DNA of 64,000 nt from positions 6,306-70,305 of IMG/VR virus record IMGVR_UViG_3300025676_000014; one strand, written 5' to 3'. Each line of letters opens with the position of its first letter. Within the stretch, counting starts at the first letter, position 1. The stretch is from a virus. Its lineage: Duplodnaviria; Caudoviricetes. A program made the position numbers and the translations under genes. A model generated the notes under the pieces. The model saw only the letters and a program-made list of their open reading frames with translations. It did no database searches and had not been told where the DNA came from. Positions 1 to 9,492 of this stretch are shown piece after piece.

Positions 1-5
1 ACGGT

Positions 6-308
6 ATGCACACTTACGATCAAGTCAAAAAGGACATTAAAAACTATTTCACTAAAGTAAAGCGAGATGGGATTCTCGGCGGGCATGATTATAATTTAAT
101 CATATGGGGAGGCGTGAAGGACGCTATTAAAGAAACCTTGGGCGAGCCTCATTTTGTTTTTCCAGATACTAGCTGGGCCTTCCAAAAGGAATACTTTGAA
201 ACGCTGGAGAATTTTCATGTAGTTTACGAAGGGAATACGCCGTTCCTTCACAAGTGGAGGCTGGACGAGAAGGGCGATCAGTATGATTACCACAAAACCA
301 CGGCGTAG
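6..308 (+). CDS. C-terminal part of a class I SAM-dependent methyltransferase (Methyltransf_24-like), probably truncated by the window edge
   Basis: D...Y..KVKRDGILGGHDY motif typical of the C-terminus of this family. Confidence 0.6.
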   Translation: MHTYDQVKKDIKNYFTKVKRDGILGGHDYNLIIWGGVKDAIKETLGEPHFVFPDTSWAFQKEYFETLENFHVVYEGNTPFLHKWRLDEKGDQYDYHKTTA

Positions 309-341
309 AACGACAAGCAAATAAATAATTATCTCTAAACA

Positions 342-710
342 ATGGAAGGCTTTCACGACTCGAAACAATTTTCAGCAGACGACACAAAGGTCGCCTTAGT
401 AGATATAGATGAAACTGTCTGCTTCTACCCAGAGAGGCGGCGGTACGACTTGGCCGAGCCAAATAAAGAAAACATAGCTAAAATAAATAAGCTTTATGAC
501 GAAGGCTGGCAAATAATTTATTGGACTGCAAGAGGCGGCTCAGAGAAGTCGAAGGCTGCGGGCAGATGTTATTATGATTATACTTGGAAGCAGTTGGAGT
601 CTTGGGGGTGTAAATTCCACGACCTCTCAACAGGAACTAAGGGTAAGTATATTAAGCCAGCTTGCGATCTTGTAATCGACGATAAATCCAAAAGAATAGA
701 AGAACTATGA
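342..710 (+). CDS. HAD-superfamily phosphatase (capsule-biosynthesis phosphatase-like)
   Basis: Motif I VDIDETV, motif II YWTARG, terminal IDDK. Confidence 0.75.
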   Translation: MEGFHDSKQFSADDTKVALVDIDETVCFYPERRRYDLAEPNKENIAKINKLYDEGWQIIYWTARGGSEKSKAAGRCYYDYTWKQLESWGCKFHDLSTGTKGKYIKPACDLVIDDKSKRIEEL

Positions 711-1495
711 GTGAAAAAGAGACTAGAACCAAAGAGGAAATAAAGTCGGAGATAGCTAGGAATAACGCTGAAACCTCTTTCCTTGAGGCTCAAGCGTTAA
801 AAGAGAGAGCTGAGGCTTTTAAGGCTGAATCGGAGGCTGAGTTCACGGCTTTAGAGTTAGAGTCCAGAAAGAGAGCGCATAGACGCAGCTTGGCTATTGA
901 CTCTGAAAACTTTGTTTATCGTTTCTCTGGAGACGTAAGCAGGATGACGGTTGTGACCTGCATGAATAAGCTAACCGAATGGAGTAGGCTTCACCCGAAG
1001 TGTAAGATCGAGATAATCTTTTCTTCTCCAGGGGGCAGCATTATTGACGGCTTTGAATTGTTCGACCATATCCAAGACCTAAGAAATAAGGGGCATCACA
1101 TTACCACTGGTACTTTAGGGATGGCCGCTTCTATGGCTGGCATTTTACTTCAAGCTGGAGACACTAGGTGGGTAGGACATCAAGCATGGGTAATGATTCA
1201 CCGCGCCGCTTTTGGAGCTTGGGGCAAGACTTACGAAATAGAAGATGAAGTTGAATTCGTTAAGAGAATCGAAGAGCGTTGTTTGGATATTTTCACAACC
1301 AGATCAAAATTAACCAAGCAAAAGATAAAGAAAAATTGGGACAGAAAAGATTGGTGGATAAGCGCGGAGGAAGCTAAAGATTTGGGCCTCGTTGACGAAA
1401 TAAGAGCGCAAATGCCCGAATCTAAACCCACAACCAAGTCAACGAAGAAGAAAGCAAAAGGAAGAGTCTCCAAGCGCAGGAGTCCAGCTAAATGA
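707..1495 (+). CDS. clpP: ClpP-family serine protease with N-terminal coiled-coil extension and basic C-terminal tail
   Basis: SSPGGSIIDG, GMAASMAG (catalytic Ser), VMIH (catalytic His), WWISAEEAKDLGLVDEI. Confidence 0.88.
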   Translation: MSEKETRTKEEIKSEIARNNAETSFLEAQALKERAEAFKAESEAEFTALELESRKRAHRRSLAIDSENFVYRFSGDVSRMTVVTCMNKLTEWSRLHPKCKIEIIFSSPGGSIIDGFELFDHIQDLRNKGHHITTGTLGMAASMAGILLQAGDTRWVGHQAWVMIHRAAFGAWGKTYEIEDEVEFVKRIEERCLDIFTTRSKLTKQKIKKNWDRKDWWISAEEAKDLGLVDEIRAQMPESKPTTKSTKKKAKGRVSKRRSPAK

Positions 1496-1722
1496 ATGAG
1501 TGCTGCGGTAATGACTGCGGGTGTCATGAAACCCCAGAAGCAGACCCCAACGTCATTCTCGGAAAGATAAAATTGGAATACCTCCAACACAAGACAAGCA
1601 CGGCTGCAAAAATGAACAGCAACAAAGAGTACGAACTTGTTCCCACTAAAAATCTAGAACGGGGAGAGATGGTCTGGGTTATACAGCCTGACGACTCTTT
1701 CATCAAATACGAAATAATTTAA
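1492..1722 (+). CDS. hypothetical protein
   Basis: ORF translationally coupled (ATGA overlap) to clpP. Confidence 0.55.
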   Translation: MNECCGNDCGCHETPEADPNVILGKIKLEYLQHKTSTAAKMNSNKEYELVPTKNLERGEMVWVIQPDDSFIKYEII

Positions 1723-1724
1723 TT

Positions 1725-2849
1725 ATGAGAGCAGTCATTTGTGGAGTAGGGAGAATGGGAACGGCTATCGCTTGGGCGATGGACAAACTTGGTTATCATG
1801 TCACAGGGATGGATACTAACCCAGAAGCCGCAAATAATATACCACGGTCACGGGACTGGGGGGCGGTTCCTAATAGTGAATTTCTTATTGTAGATGACGC
1901 TGACGACATCACCAAGGGTCTTGCCGCCCAACGGAGGCCAGACATAGTGATAAGTAGCCTACCCTATCACCAAACAGAAAAGGTTGGTCATTGGTGCGTA
2001 GAAAATGGAGTCAGGTATTGTGATCTTGGCGGCAGGGTAGATGTCTCAGAGTCGATAAATAATTTAGCGAAAGAAAAAGCAACTAAACCCGTGTTCACTG
2101 ATTTAGGTTTAGCTCCAGGTTGGGTAAATATCCTAGCGGAAGAAGGGTACAAAAGTTTGTACGGGGGAAGCCAAATAACAAATATCAATATGATGGTCGG
2201 AGGGTTGCCAGACTACGATTTAAGCGTTCAAAACCCATTAAGATATTGCGTGAGTTGGTCTACGGACGGGCTAATTAACGAGTATAAAGATGACTGCATA
2301 ATACTTGAGAACGGCCAAATAAAAACGGTGAAAGGAATGGACGGGCTGGAAGATGTAGAATCCAGCAAACTTGGCAAGCTAGAAGCCTTTTACACTAGCG
2401 GGGGAGCGTCCCATTCGATTCACTCAATGAGAAAGCGCGGGGTAAATAATTGTTCTTATAAGACCTTGAGGTACAAAGGTCACGGCTCAATGATTAAGTT
2501 CTTAATAAGAGATTGCCAGCTTGACGACCAAACGCTAAATAAGATTTTCTTGGAGGGTTGCGGTCATTGCGAGAAGGACGAGGTGATTGTCATGGCGACT
2601 GTCGAGAAGGACAATAAGGTTTGGAGAGAAGAGAAATTAGTCAAGTCTGATGATAGATTTTCTGCCATGCAGAAAGCTACTGCGTTCTCTATTTCCTCAG
2701 TAGCTTCCATTATGGGGGAGGGTTATTTCGACAACAGAATAGCACAAAATCGTGGCGGGGATATGAAATTGCCACTTGCCTTGGCTTATGCAGACGTACC
2801 TCACGAAGAGTTTAACAGAAGATTAGAAATACTTGGAGTTTATAAATAA
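1725..2849 (+). CDS. saccharopine dehydrogenase / lysine 6-dehydrogenase family oxidoreductase
   Basis: Rossmann GVGRMG, YCDLGG, GLAPGWVN, VGGLP, WSTDGLINEY, YKTLRYKGH, AMQKATAF. Confidence 0.88.
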   Translation: MRAVICGVGRMGTAIAWAMDKLGYHVTGMDTNPEAANNIPRSRDWGAVPNSEFLIVDDADDITKGLAAQRRPDIVISSLPYHQTEKVGHWCVENGVRYCDLGGRVDVSESINNLAKEKATKPVFTDLGLAPGWVNILAEEGYKSLYGGSQITNINMMVGGLPDYDLSVQNPLRYCVSWSTDGLINEYKDDCIILENGQIKTVKGMDGLEDVESSKLGKLEAFYTSGGASHSIHSMRKRGVNNCSYKTLRYKGHGSMIKFLIRDCQLDDQTLNKIFLEGCGHCEKDEVIVMATVEKDNKVWREEKLVKSDDRFSAMQKATAFSISSVASIMGEGYFDNRIAQNRGGDMKLPLALAYADVPHEEFNRRLEILGVYK

Positions 2850-2898
2850 GCAAAAATAAGATAGACGTATTAAATAACACCAACTATAATAGACCATT

Positions 2899-3183
2899 AT
2901 GTCAGAAGAGAAAATTACGCCAGAAGAGCAAACCGCTCCAGAGGGAACAACAGAAGACAGACCATTGAACGCCCACGAAAAAAATTGGGTGATCCACCTT
3001 TATTGCAGCATCCCTTACCACGAAGTGAGGAAGCTAGAGGATGGCGAAGAAAAGGACTTCCTACTCAGCATGGCAGTCTTAATGAAAAAGAGAAGCGAAG
3101 AGCAGCAAGCCGCCTCGGCAGAAAAAGAAGCCGCAATGCAGCAACAGTTGGCTGGGATGACAAGCGGGCTTATTAAGCCTTAA
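2899..3183 (+). CDS. hypothetical protein
   Basis: 94-aa ORF with ATTATG start context. Confidence 0.6.
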   Translation: MSEEKITPEEQTAPEGTTEDRPLNAHEKNWVIHLYCSIPYHEVRKLEDGEEKDFLLSMAVLMKKRSEEQQAASAEKEAAMQQQLAGMTSGLIKP

Positions 3184-3366
3184 TTAAGAAGACATTTCCC
3201 TCTCAAGCCTGTCAAGTTTATCCCACTCTTGATGGGCTTTTCTGTTTATGATTTTAGCTGCATCTGCGGCAACTGTATCTTCACTGTAAATGACCTCTAA
3301 TGACCATTTGCCCATCTCGTGCAAAAAATCTTTAGTTTCTCTAACGGTTTCCAAATAAGGTTTCAT
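3184..3366 (-). CDS. hypothetical protein
   Basis: 60-aa ORF preceded by GTGTAA motif. Confidence 0.55.
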   Translation of the reverse strand: MKPYLETVRETKDFLHEMGKWSLEVIYSEDTVAADAAKIINRKAHQEWDKLDRLEREMSS

Positions 3367-3478
3367 AGGTTTGTTTTAAATTACACAAAAAGGCCCAAAA
3401 CCAACAGAAAAGTGCCAAATAATCTTTACTAAAGATCAAGGTCTGTGTATAAATAACACTACAACCACAACAAAGAAC

Positions 3479-3787
3479 ATGAAGAACTTTAAAGTTGAAT
3501 CAGCGAACTGGTTTACTAACGTAAAAGTGCCAAATAATACTGAACAGACCCAAGAGTCGCAAGCGAGCGAAGCTGCAACTGTCGGAGTGAATAGATTTTT
3601 CTCAGGCAAAGTCAGATTAAGTAACATAAATAGACCCACAACCATTGACTCTATTATTGAAGTTACTGTAGACGAAGTGAAGTACATATTTTACTCGCCA
3701 AAGATTTTAGCTAACGCTGGATGGCACAAGGAAGCATCTTTATTGCATAAAAAGATAAATATGGATAATTATCAACTGGGTGTGTAA
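3479..3787 (+). CDS. hypothetical protein
   Basis: 102-aa ORF. Confidence 0.55.
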   Translation: MKNFKVESANWFTNVKVPNNTEQTQESQASEAATVGVNRFFSGKVRLSNINRPTTIDSIIEVTVDEVKYIFYSPKILANAGWHKEASLLHKKINMDNYQLGV

Positions 3788-3798
3788 GGGCAAAAGAT

Positions 3799-3996
3799 AT
3801 GGTGGCAGAGTATATACAAAGGAAGTCAAAGGAACGTAAGCTGAGTCTGTTGAGATATACGGGAGCGTTTTATGATGGGGTAGTGGGTAAGCAGGGGTAC
3901 TATATAGGAGAGGGAAACTCTTGCCCTAAATTACTACAAGCATACGAGGATGGCAGGGATTATAAGAAAAGGCTTGACGCAACATCAGGTAAGTGA
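3799..3996 (+). CDS. hypothetical protein
   Basis: 65-aa ORF preceded by GTGTAA motif. Confidence 0.5.
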   Translation: MVAEYIQRKSKERKLSLLRYTGAFYDGVVGKQGYYIGEGNSCPKLLQAYEDGRDYKKRLDATSGK

Positions 3997-4041
3997 TAGT
4001 CTAGGGGTACGTTACAACACTAACCTAGAACTAAACCTACT

Positions 4042-6249
4042 ATGATACAAATTGAGAACAAACCTACCGTCGAAAGCAACGGCATTACCAAAACTGCATC
4101 CTTTGGGATTAAGGAGTCAGGCATAAGCCACATCTTTCACATCCTCCGCAACCAACTTTACAGTGATAAGGAAACTGCCGTGCTGCGGGAGTATGCCACC
4201 AATGCCGCTGATGCCCACATAGAAGCGGGAATACCAGACAAACCTATTCAGATCAGCTTACCTTCTCGGTTTAACTTGGAGTTGAAGATTAGAGATTTTG
4301 GCCCATCTCTTAACGAGCGGGAAATCCAAGACATTTTTGCCTTCTACGGTGAAAGCACCAAGCGCAACACCAACAACCAAACAGGGATGCTGGGCATTGG
4401 AAGCAAGTCTGCATTCGCTTACGGTGATAATTTTGTTATCAACGCTTACATTGATGGGAAGCGTACTACATATAACGCTTTCATTGATGACTCAAAAGTT
4501 GGGTGCATAGCTAAACTTTCAGTTGAGTCTACTGATGAATCCAATGGGTTGGAGATTGTGATTCCTGTAAAGGGTCAAGACGTTCAAGTTTTCACGGATA
4601 AGGCTAGAGATGTTTTTGAACACTTCAGAGTGCCAGTTCTTGTCGGTGGAAAAGATAGTCGCGAGTTTTTCTCTTACCAAGAAGATGAGATTGCTTACGA
4701 GGGAAAAGGTTGGACTTGGAGCAGTAACCGCGACAAGTATAAAAAGGCAGTTGCCGTTATGGGCAACATTGGATACCCGATTGATGTTGGATTGTTGAAA
4801 AAAATAGACGATTCATTATCAGATTTCACTTGCGGAAATCTGACGCTTGAATTCCCTATCGGGGAGTTGGAAATCTCTGCCAGCCGCGAAGGCTTGCAGT
4901 ATAGCGACTACACAATCGAAAATTTAACAAACAAAATCACACTTGCAGCTAAAGAAATGGCTAAAAAACTAGAAGCAAGTTTTGATGAGTGCGATTCGCT
5001 TTGGCAAGCCAAAGTCTTGAGCCATGAGGTTTTCGATTACTACGGCAGTCTCCATAGCGCAAGGCGAGTGCTAAAGAAAAATATCAAATGGAATGGCAAA
5101 GATATTGGCGACACTTCCGTTTCTGTCAAGACTTGGGAGGATAGTAAAAAAATTGATGGCAAAAATTTAGATGAACTGGTTGAGGTTACGGAGTACGAAA
5201 AAGGATACCGTGGACATCAGAAGGTTCGCGCTGGAGTTGCGAGCAGCATCTCGGCAACGGACAAAAGTTTCATCATCGTAAACCATGAGTCGCATCGTCG
5301 CGGGGCATTGAAGCGCATTGTTCCTATCAAAGAAGATCAAGGCAGACGACCTTACCTCATCACCTTCCGCAAAGGTGTTGGCGAATTCACAAAAGAAAAA
5401 GTCTTAAAGCATCTCGGATTCTGTGATGATGACTATACCGTTTTGGACACATTGCCCGAAGTAGTGTTAAGCAGCATCTACGGGGCATCAAATCGCACCA
5501 GTGGTTCACGCTGCAAAAAGTCTGGTCAATCAGTTTTTGTTTACAACGGGCAAACACACTGGACTCCTCAATCTGCAAATTGGGATTCAATCAGCGTGGA
5601 CTTGGACAACGAAAAGGTTGTGTACGTCGAGATTGATCGCTTTGAATACAAAACCATAGATGGATCAAACAGAGCGAGTCGTAGGCTGAGTAGCGTTATT
5701 GATAATGCAAAAAAATTAAACATTGATCTAAAAATCATTGGAGTAAAACACAAACAACTCAAAAAATTCCAAGACAGTGACAACGCCACAAACCTTTGGG
5801 ATTTCATCAGAGAAGAACTCCAAGACATTATCGAAACGCTCGACCTCGGAGATGTAAACGCTCGTTACGAGAGAACCAGAGAACTCGACAGTGGAACCCG
5901 AACCTTCTGCGAGGAATTCACGAAGTATAACTTTGGTGACAATAGCCTCGGTGATCTAATCAGTGAGCATAAAAAAGCCACAGCAGATTATAAGGTCTAC
6001 CAGAAAAAATTAGGAGCAATTAATACATTCGCCGAAGATATTGGCATGACAATTAAAGCCGCGAAGGTCAAGGTGGATGTCGTCCAACTCAATGGTGCTG
6101 CGATGAGGTTGTACCCGATGCTCACATCGGTTGTCGAGCAAATGACCCACTGGAACTGGAGAAGTCATATGTCCGATTCCGAGAAACAAAAATTGAAGAA
6201 GGACGTATCGAATTACGTCAATCTAGTCAACAATTCTGCTGCGGTTTAG
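4042..6249 (+). CDS. rIIA: rIIA-like protein with N-terminal GHKL/HSP90-type ATPase domain
   Basis: NQLYSDKETAVLREYATNAADAH, IRDFGPSL, YGESTKRNTNNQTGMLGIGSKSAFAY, LEISASREGLQY; an rIIB-like gene lies downstream. Confidence 0.82.
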   Translation: MIQIENKPTVESNGITKTASFGIKESGISHIFHILRNQLYSDKETAVLREYATNAADAHIEAGIPDKPIQISLPSRFNLELKIRDFGPSLNEREIQDIFAFYGESTKRNTNNQTGMLGIGSKSAFAYGDNFVINAYIDGKRTTYNAFIDDSKVGCIAKLSVESTDESNGLEIVIPVKGQDVQVFTDKARDVFEHFRVPVLVGGKDSREFFSYQEDEIAYEGKGWTWSSNRDKYKKAVAVMGNIGYPIDVGLLKKIDDSLSDFTCGNLTLEFPIGELEISASREGLQYSDYTIENLTNKITLAAKEMAKKLEASFDECDSLWQAKVLSHEVFDYYGSLHSARRVLKKNIKWNGKDIGDTSVSVKTWEDSKKIDGKNLDELVEVTEYEKGYRGHQKVRAGVASSISATDKSFIIVNHESHRRGALKRIVPIKEDQGRRPYLITFRKGVGEFTKEKVLKHLGFCDDDYTVLDTLPEVVLSSIYGASNRTSGSRCKKSGQSVFVYNGQTHWTPQSANWDSISVDLDNEKVVYVEIDRFEYKTIDGSNRASRRLSSVIDNAKKLNIDLKIIGVKHKQLKKFQDSDNATNLWDFIREELQDIIETLDLGDVNARYERTRELDSGTRTFCEEFTKYNFGDNSLGDLISEHKKATADYKVYQKKLGAINTFAEDIGMTIKAAKVKVDVVQLNGAAMRLYPMLTSVVEQMTHWNWRSHMSDSEKQKLKKDVSNYVNLVNNSAAV

Positions 6250-6273
6250 TAGGTTTTTCCGTAGTGGTTCCCC

Positions 6274-6322
6274 AAGAGGGGGCGTGGGTTAGTAGGTTTC
6301 CCCACGCCTCTTCTTTTTTTTT
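6274..6322 (+). terminator. intrinsic terminator after rIIA
   Basis: GC-rich stem (GGCGTGGG/CCCACGCC core) followed by a T-run. Confidence 0.7.
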
Positions 6323-6348
6323 ACGTCACGGTTCTTAATTAGTCATAA

Positions 6349-6681
6349 TTATGCAACCATCAACCATACAATCGCCGCCAAAGCTACCCCAAGGCATCCT
6401 GTTAGCGCGAGAATTGCTTTTGTGAGGGTTTTGTTTTCGTCGTGGAGGTTTATACCCTTGATATGCACGGGAGTCGTTGTAGTAGGCTTATTGTCTCCCA
6501 ATCTAATCGTTGGTATGTTTTCAGCGTTTGTGGTTACTGAAACCATCCACCATTTTTTTCTGTTATGGCTATAGAACCATTCGGTTTTTTTCATTTGCTT
6601 TGTACTTTGCCGATGATGTTCGCATCGCTTATGATGCCCCAAACTGTTTCTCCCATATTGTCTCCAATATAAAAGTAACAA
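6349..6681 (-). CDS. hypothetical protein with C-terminal transmembrane segment (true start probably internal)
   Basis: C-terminal hydrophobic AILALTGCLGVALAAIVWLMVA. Confidence 0.5.
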   Translation of the reverse strand: MLLLYWRQYGRNSLGHHKRCEHHRQSTKQMKKTEWFYSHNRKKWWMVSVTTNAENIPTIRLGDNKPTTTTPVHIKGINLHDENKTLTKAILALTGCLGVALAAIVWLMVA

Positions 6682-7091
6682 CCAGCAGGTACTTTCGTAG
6701 GTTTAACATCTAATCGGTAGGGTTTTATTTTGTAATCAAAATTGGCTTTCTTCCCGTTTACATATACGATGCCATCACGTATTTCTATTACTTCCATAGG
6801 CATACCAACGATCCGCTTGACCATATATCCACCATCTTCTATGTCTCTTATTGTAACAACGTCCAGCCTATCCACAGTCGTATAATCGTAAAAAATTTTG
6901 TTGACAACAATCAGATCGCCGCTTTTAAGAGTGGGTTCCATACTGACCCCATCAGTGACGAAAACTTTATACCCCCTACTCCATACGAAAGAGATTGCTA
7001 TTGCCATGATGCACAACTTCATCATCACTGGCACGAACATGAATGAGCTATTATTTTTTGATGGGTTATTACTTTTCATCGCGTTCGTCAA
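6591..7091 (-). CDS. lepB: signal peptidase I (S26 family)
   Basis: N-terminal TM segment, DGVSMEPTL (catalytic Ser), VKRIVGMP (catalytic Lys), IGDN box E. Confidence 0.88.
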   Translation of the reverse strand: MTNAMKSNNPSKNNSSFMFVPVMMKLCIMAIAISFVWSRGYKVFVTDGVSMEPTLKSGDLIVVNKIFYDYTTVDRLDVVTIRDIEDGGYMVKRIVGMPMEVIEIRDGIVYVNGKKANFDYKIKPYRLDVKPTKVPAGCYFYIGDNMGETVWGIISDANIIGKVQSK

Positions 7092-7287
7092 AAATCTCGT
7101 ATTTAGTTCGACGGTCTACTATGTACCCTTCATCGTATAGATATTGTAAAATTTTGTTAATTTTCTTGTCTTTTATGCACTTTTCGTCATTATTGTAAAT
7201 GAAAACTGTATCATGCCGCCAGTTTTTATCTTTACATAAGAAGACTTTCACTAGATTACCGTGAAAATTTAAAGAATAATCAGACAT
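7069..7287 (-). CDS. hypothetical protein
   Basis: 72-aa ORF heading the lepB cassette, preceded by GTGTAA. Confidence 0.55.
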   Translation of the reverse strand: MSDYSLNFHGNLVKVFLCKDKNWRHDTVFIYNNDEKCIKDKKINKILQYLYDEGYIVDRRTKYEIFDERDEK

Positions 7288-7320
7288 TTAGGTTTAATAT
7301 GAGTTACACGCAAAAAAGTG

Positions 7321-7350
7321 CTTGACCCCAGCGCAAGGTTCTGTTATCCT
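7321..7350 (+). promoter_or_regulatory. sigma70-type promoter for rIIB with overlapping CTTG-N9-CAAG
   Basis: TTGACC-17-TATCCT; CTTG 7321-7324, CAAG 7334-7337. Confidence 0.7.
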
Positions 7351-7390
7351 TGGAATACATTAGAGATTAAACATTAACTGAGGAACTAAA

Positions 7391-8209
7391 TTGATACCAT
7401 ACATCCTAACCGACAATAGCCTTACCGTAGTAATTAACGGCAAGTCACTCACAATGTCCAGCGAAGCCGCCAACTTCCCTTCTGCCAAGCAAGCCTTGTC
7501 AGAGGGGCGTTACGACGAGTTAGAGGACTTGTTTGACATGGCGAAAGCTATTGAAAAATATGCCAACGGAAATGTTCGCATAGAAAGTAACACCCTGTAT
7601 TACGGGGAAGAAGTGGTTAACAATCACGTTGTTGATCGAATTTTAGATTTTATGCACGATGATCTGCCTTTCGAGCCTTTGGTGAAGTTCTTGGAGAAAC
7701 TCTTGGACAACCCATCGCGCCGTGCGGTAGACGAATTGTATCGGTTCTTGGAGCATAAGAATATGCCCCTAACACCCGATGGTAATTTTCTCGCCTACAA
7801 AGGCGTGAAGCATGACTTCACTGACTGTTACTCTGGCAGTTTCGATAACTCAGTGGGGCAAGTTTTAGAGATGCCTCGACGCAGCGTATGCGATGACGCA
7901 AATGTTGGATGCTCGCATGGTTTTCACGCTGGCAGCTACGAGTACGCTAAAAGTTACGCTAGTAATGGCGGCAATCTGATGATTGTCGAAATTGACCCCG
8001 CTGACGTTGTTAGCGTTCCGCATGACTGCAACTGTCAAAAGTTGCGAACCACGAAATACAAAGTGGTTTCACATCACGAAACTATCGAGCGACCTCTCGA
8101 CCAGATGTTGGTGGATGATTACTACGATGATGATTCCCTTGAGGTATCCGAGGAGGTCGATGACTACAACGAAGGCTACGCCGCTGGATACAGAGCAGCA
8201 AGCGAGTAG
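7391..8209 (+). CDS. rIIB: rIIB-like protein
   Basis: LVKFLEKLLDNPSRRAVDELYRFLEH..PLTPDGNFLAYKGV and CDD....CSHGFHAGSYEYA motifs of phage rIIB homologs. Confidence 0.8.
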   Translation: MIPYILTDNSLTVVINGKSLTMSSEAANFPSAKQALSEGRYDELEDLFDMAKAIEKYANGNVRIESNTLYYGEEVVNNHVVDRILDFMHDDLPFEPLVKFLEKLLDNPSRRAVDELYRFLEHKNMPLTPDGNFLAYKGVKHDFTDCYSGSFDNSVGQVLEMPRRSVCDDANVGCSHGFHAGSYEYAKSYASNGGNLMIVEIDPADVVSVPHDCNCQKLRTTKYKVVSHHETIERPLDQMLVDDYYDDDSLEVSEEVDDYNEGYAAGYRAASE

Positions 8210-8220
8210 CCGCAACGCAC

Positions 8221-8266
8221 GGAGGGGGGATCGAGTCCTCTGCGATCCCCTCTCCTCGTTTTGTTT
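8221..8266 (+). terminator. intrinsic terminator after rIIB
   Basis: GGAGGGGGGATCG/CGATCCCCTCTCC stem followed by a T-rich tail. Confidence 0.7.
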
Positions 8267-8292
8267 AGAGGATTTTATATAAAAGGATATTT

Positions 8293-8499
8293 ATGAAAGC
8301 TAAAACAGCAGTCAAGTTATTAAAAGAGTTAGACCCCGAAGAAAGCATCGTCATAGCAATGTGGCAGAAAGATGCGTTTGAAGGTATAGTTAAAGAGGAT
8401 GACGATTGGGAATGTATTGCACAATCCATCACCGACGAATTAGATTGGGGCTGGGTGCAAGAAGATATGATTCAACACATTGAAAAATTCCAATCGTAA
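8293..8499 (+). CDS. small acidic hypothetical protein
   Basis: ORF in early cluster, GATATTTATG start context. Confidence 0.6.
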   Translation: MKAKTAVKLLKELDPEESIVIAMWQKDAFEGIVKEDDDWECIAQSITDELDWGWVQEDMIQHIEKFQS

Positions 8500-8687
8500 T
8501 GAGAAACTACGAATTAATTATGGCAATCTACGATAGATGCCCCGACTTTAAGGAGCGGCAATATACACTCGACCAGTGCCTTGACCGATGCCTAGACATT
8601 CGGGATATGATTGAACGTGAGCGACCAGAACTAAAAGATGGCAGTAGTGAATACCCAGACCAACAAGAAGCAGGAATTGATTATTAA
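8499..8687 (+). CDS. hypothetical protein
   Basis: TAATG-coupled ORF. Confidence 0.55.
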   Translation: MRNYELIMAIYDRCPDFKERQYTLDQCLDRCLDIRDMIERERPELKDGSSEYPDQQEAGIDY

Positions 8688-8858
8688 ATGAGAAACTACG
8701 ACATCATCAAAGAGATTTGGAAGGTCACTCAAAAACCATACGAGAATGAATCGTGGAGGCGACAAAGAGAATGCGAAGTTAGGATGAGGGAAATCGAGGG
8801 GGTCATCGCCGAACAGCGACCTCAAATTTCTGGCCCGATCTTAAAGGAGGAAAAGTAA

Positions 8859-9161
8859 ATGGAAGCACAAGCTATTCAAAACTATCTCAATGAGAACTAC
8901 CCAGATTTATTGGGTGAAATTTTGCTCGCAGACGGAATGGAGGATGCGTTCATGGGAGTGGTAGAAACTTTCGGACAAAAACCGAGGGCGTGTTACGACA
9001 GCAACAAGTGCGTAAGCGTCTTGCAGGAAAGAGATGGCATGACTCTTGAAGAAGCAGTAGAGTATTATGAATTCAATATCATTGGGTCATACGTTGGAGA
9101 ATATACCCCAGCGTTTATGTTCCCCCTTGATGAAAAATGGGATTCCGTACCTTTCGCCTAA
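8859..9161 (+). CDS. conserved phage hypothetical protein
   Basis: LLADG.EDAF.GV...ACYD..KC...L...DGMT.EEA.EY.EFNI.GSYVGE.TP.F pattern common in large aquatic phages. Confidence 0.7.
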   Translation: MEAQAIQNYLNENYPDLLGEILLADGMEDAFMGVVETFGQKPRACYDSNKCVSVLQERDGMTLEEAVEYYEFNIIGSYVGEYTPAFMFPLDEKWDSVPFA

Positions 9162-9164
9162 ATT

Positions 9165-9425
9165 ATGAGAGAATCAAGCGAGCAATTAAAATCAGTCGGA
9201 GAAGCACTGAATGCGGCAGCAAGGTATGGGCTACGAGCGGAAGTAGTATGGAGTGCAATGAGGCATTACGAGAAGTACCACAAAACAGCACCAGAGACAT
9301 ACAGCATAGAGTGGGCTTTAGATTGCGCGTTGAATGATTGGGACTGTCAGGGAGACTGCTGCGAGAAGCAAGCGGAAGAGTTGCGGGAAAGGTCAGTTTT
9401 TTTTGAGGACACAAAAGAAAATTAA
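9165..9425 (+). CDS. hypothetical protein
   Basis: 86-aa ORF, ATTATG start. Confidence 0.55.
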   Translation: MRESSEQLKSVGEALNAAARYGLRAEVVWSAMRHYEKYHKTAPETYSIEWALDCALNDWDCQGDCCEKQAEELRERSVFFEDTKEN

Positions 9426-9492
9426 AGATATTTATGAAGGACAACATAATTGACAAAAACAATCCCGTGAAATCAAACGGCAAAGACAAAGA

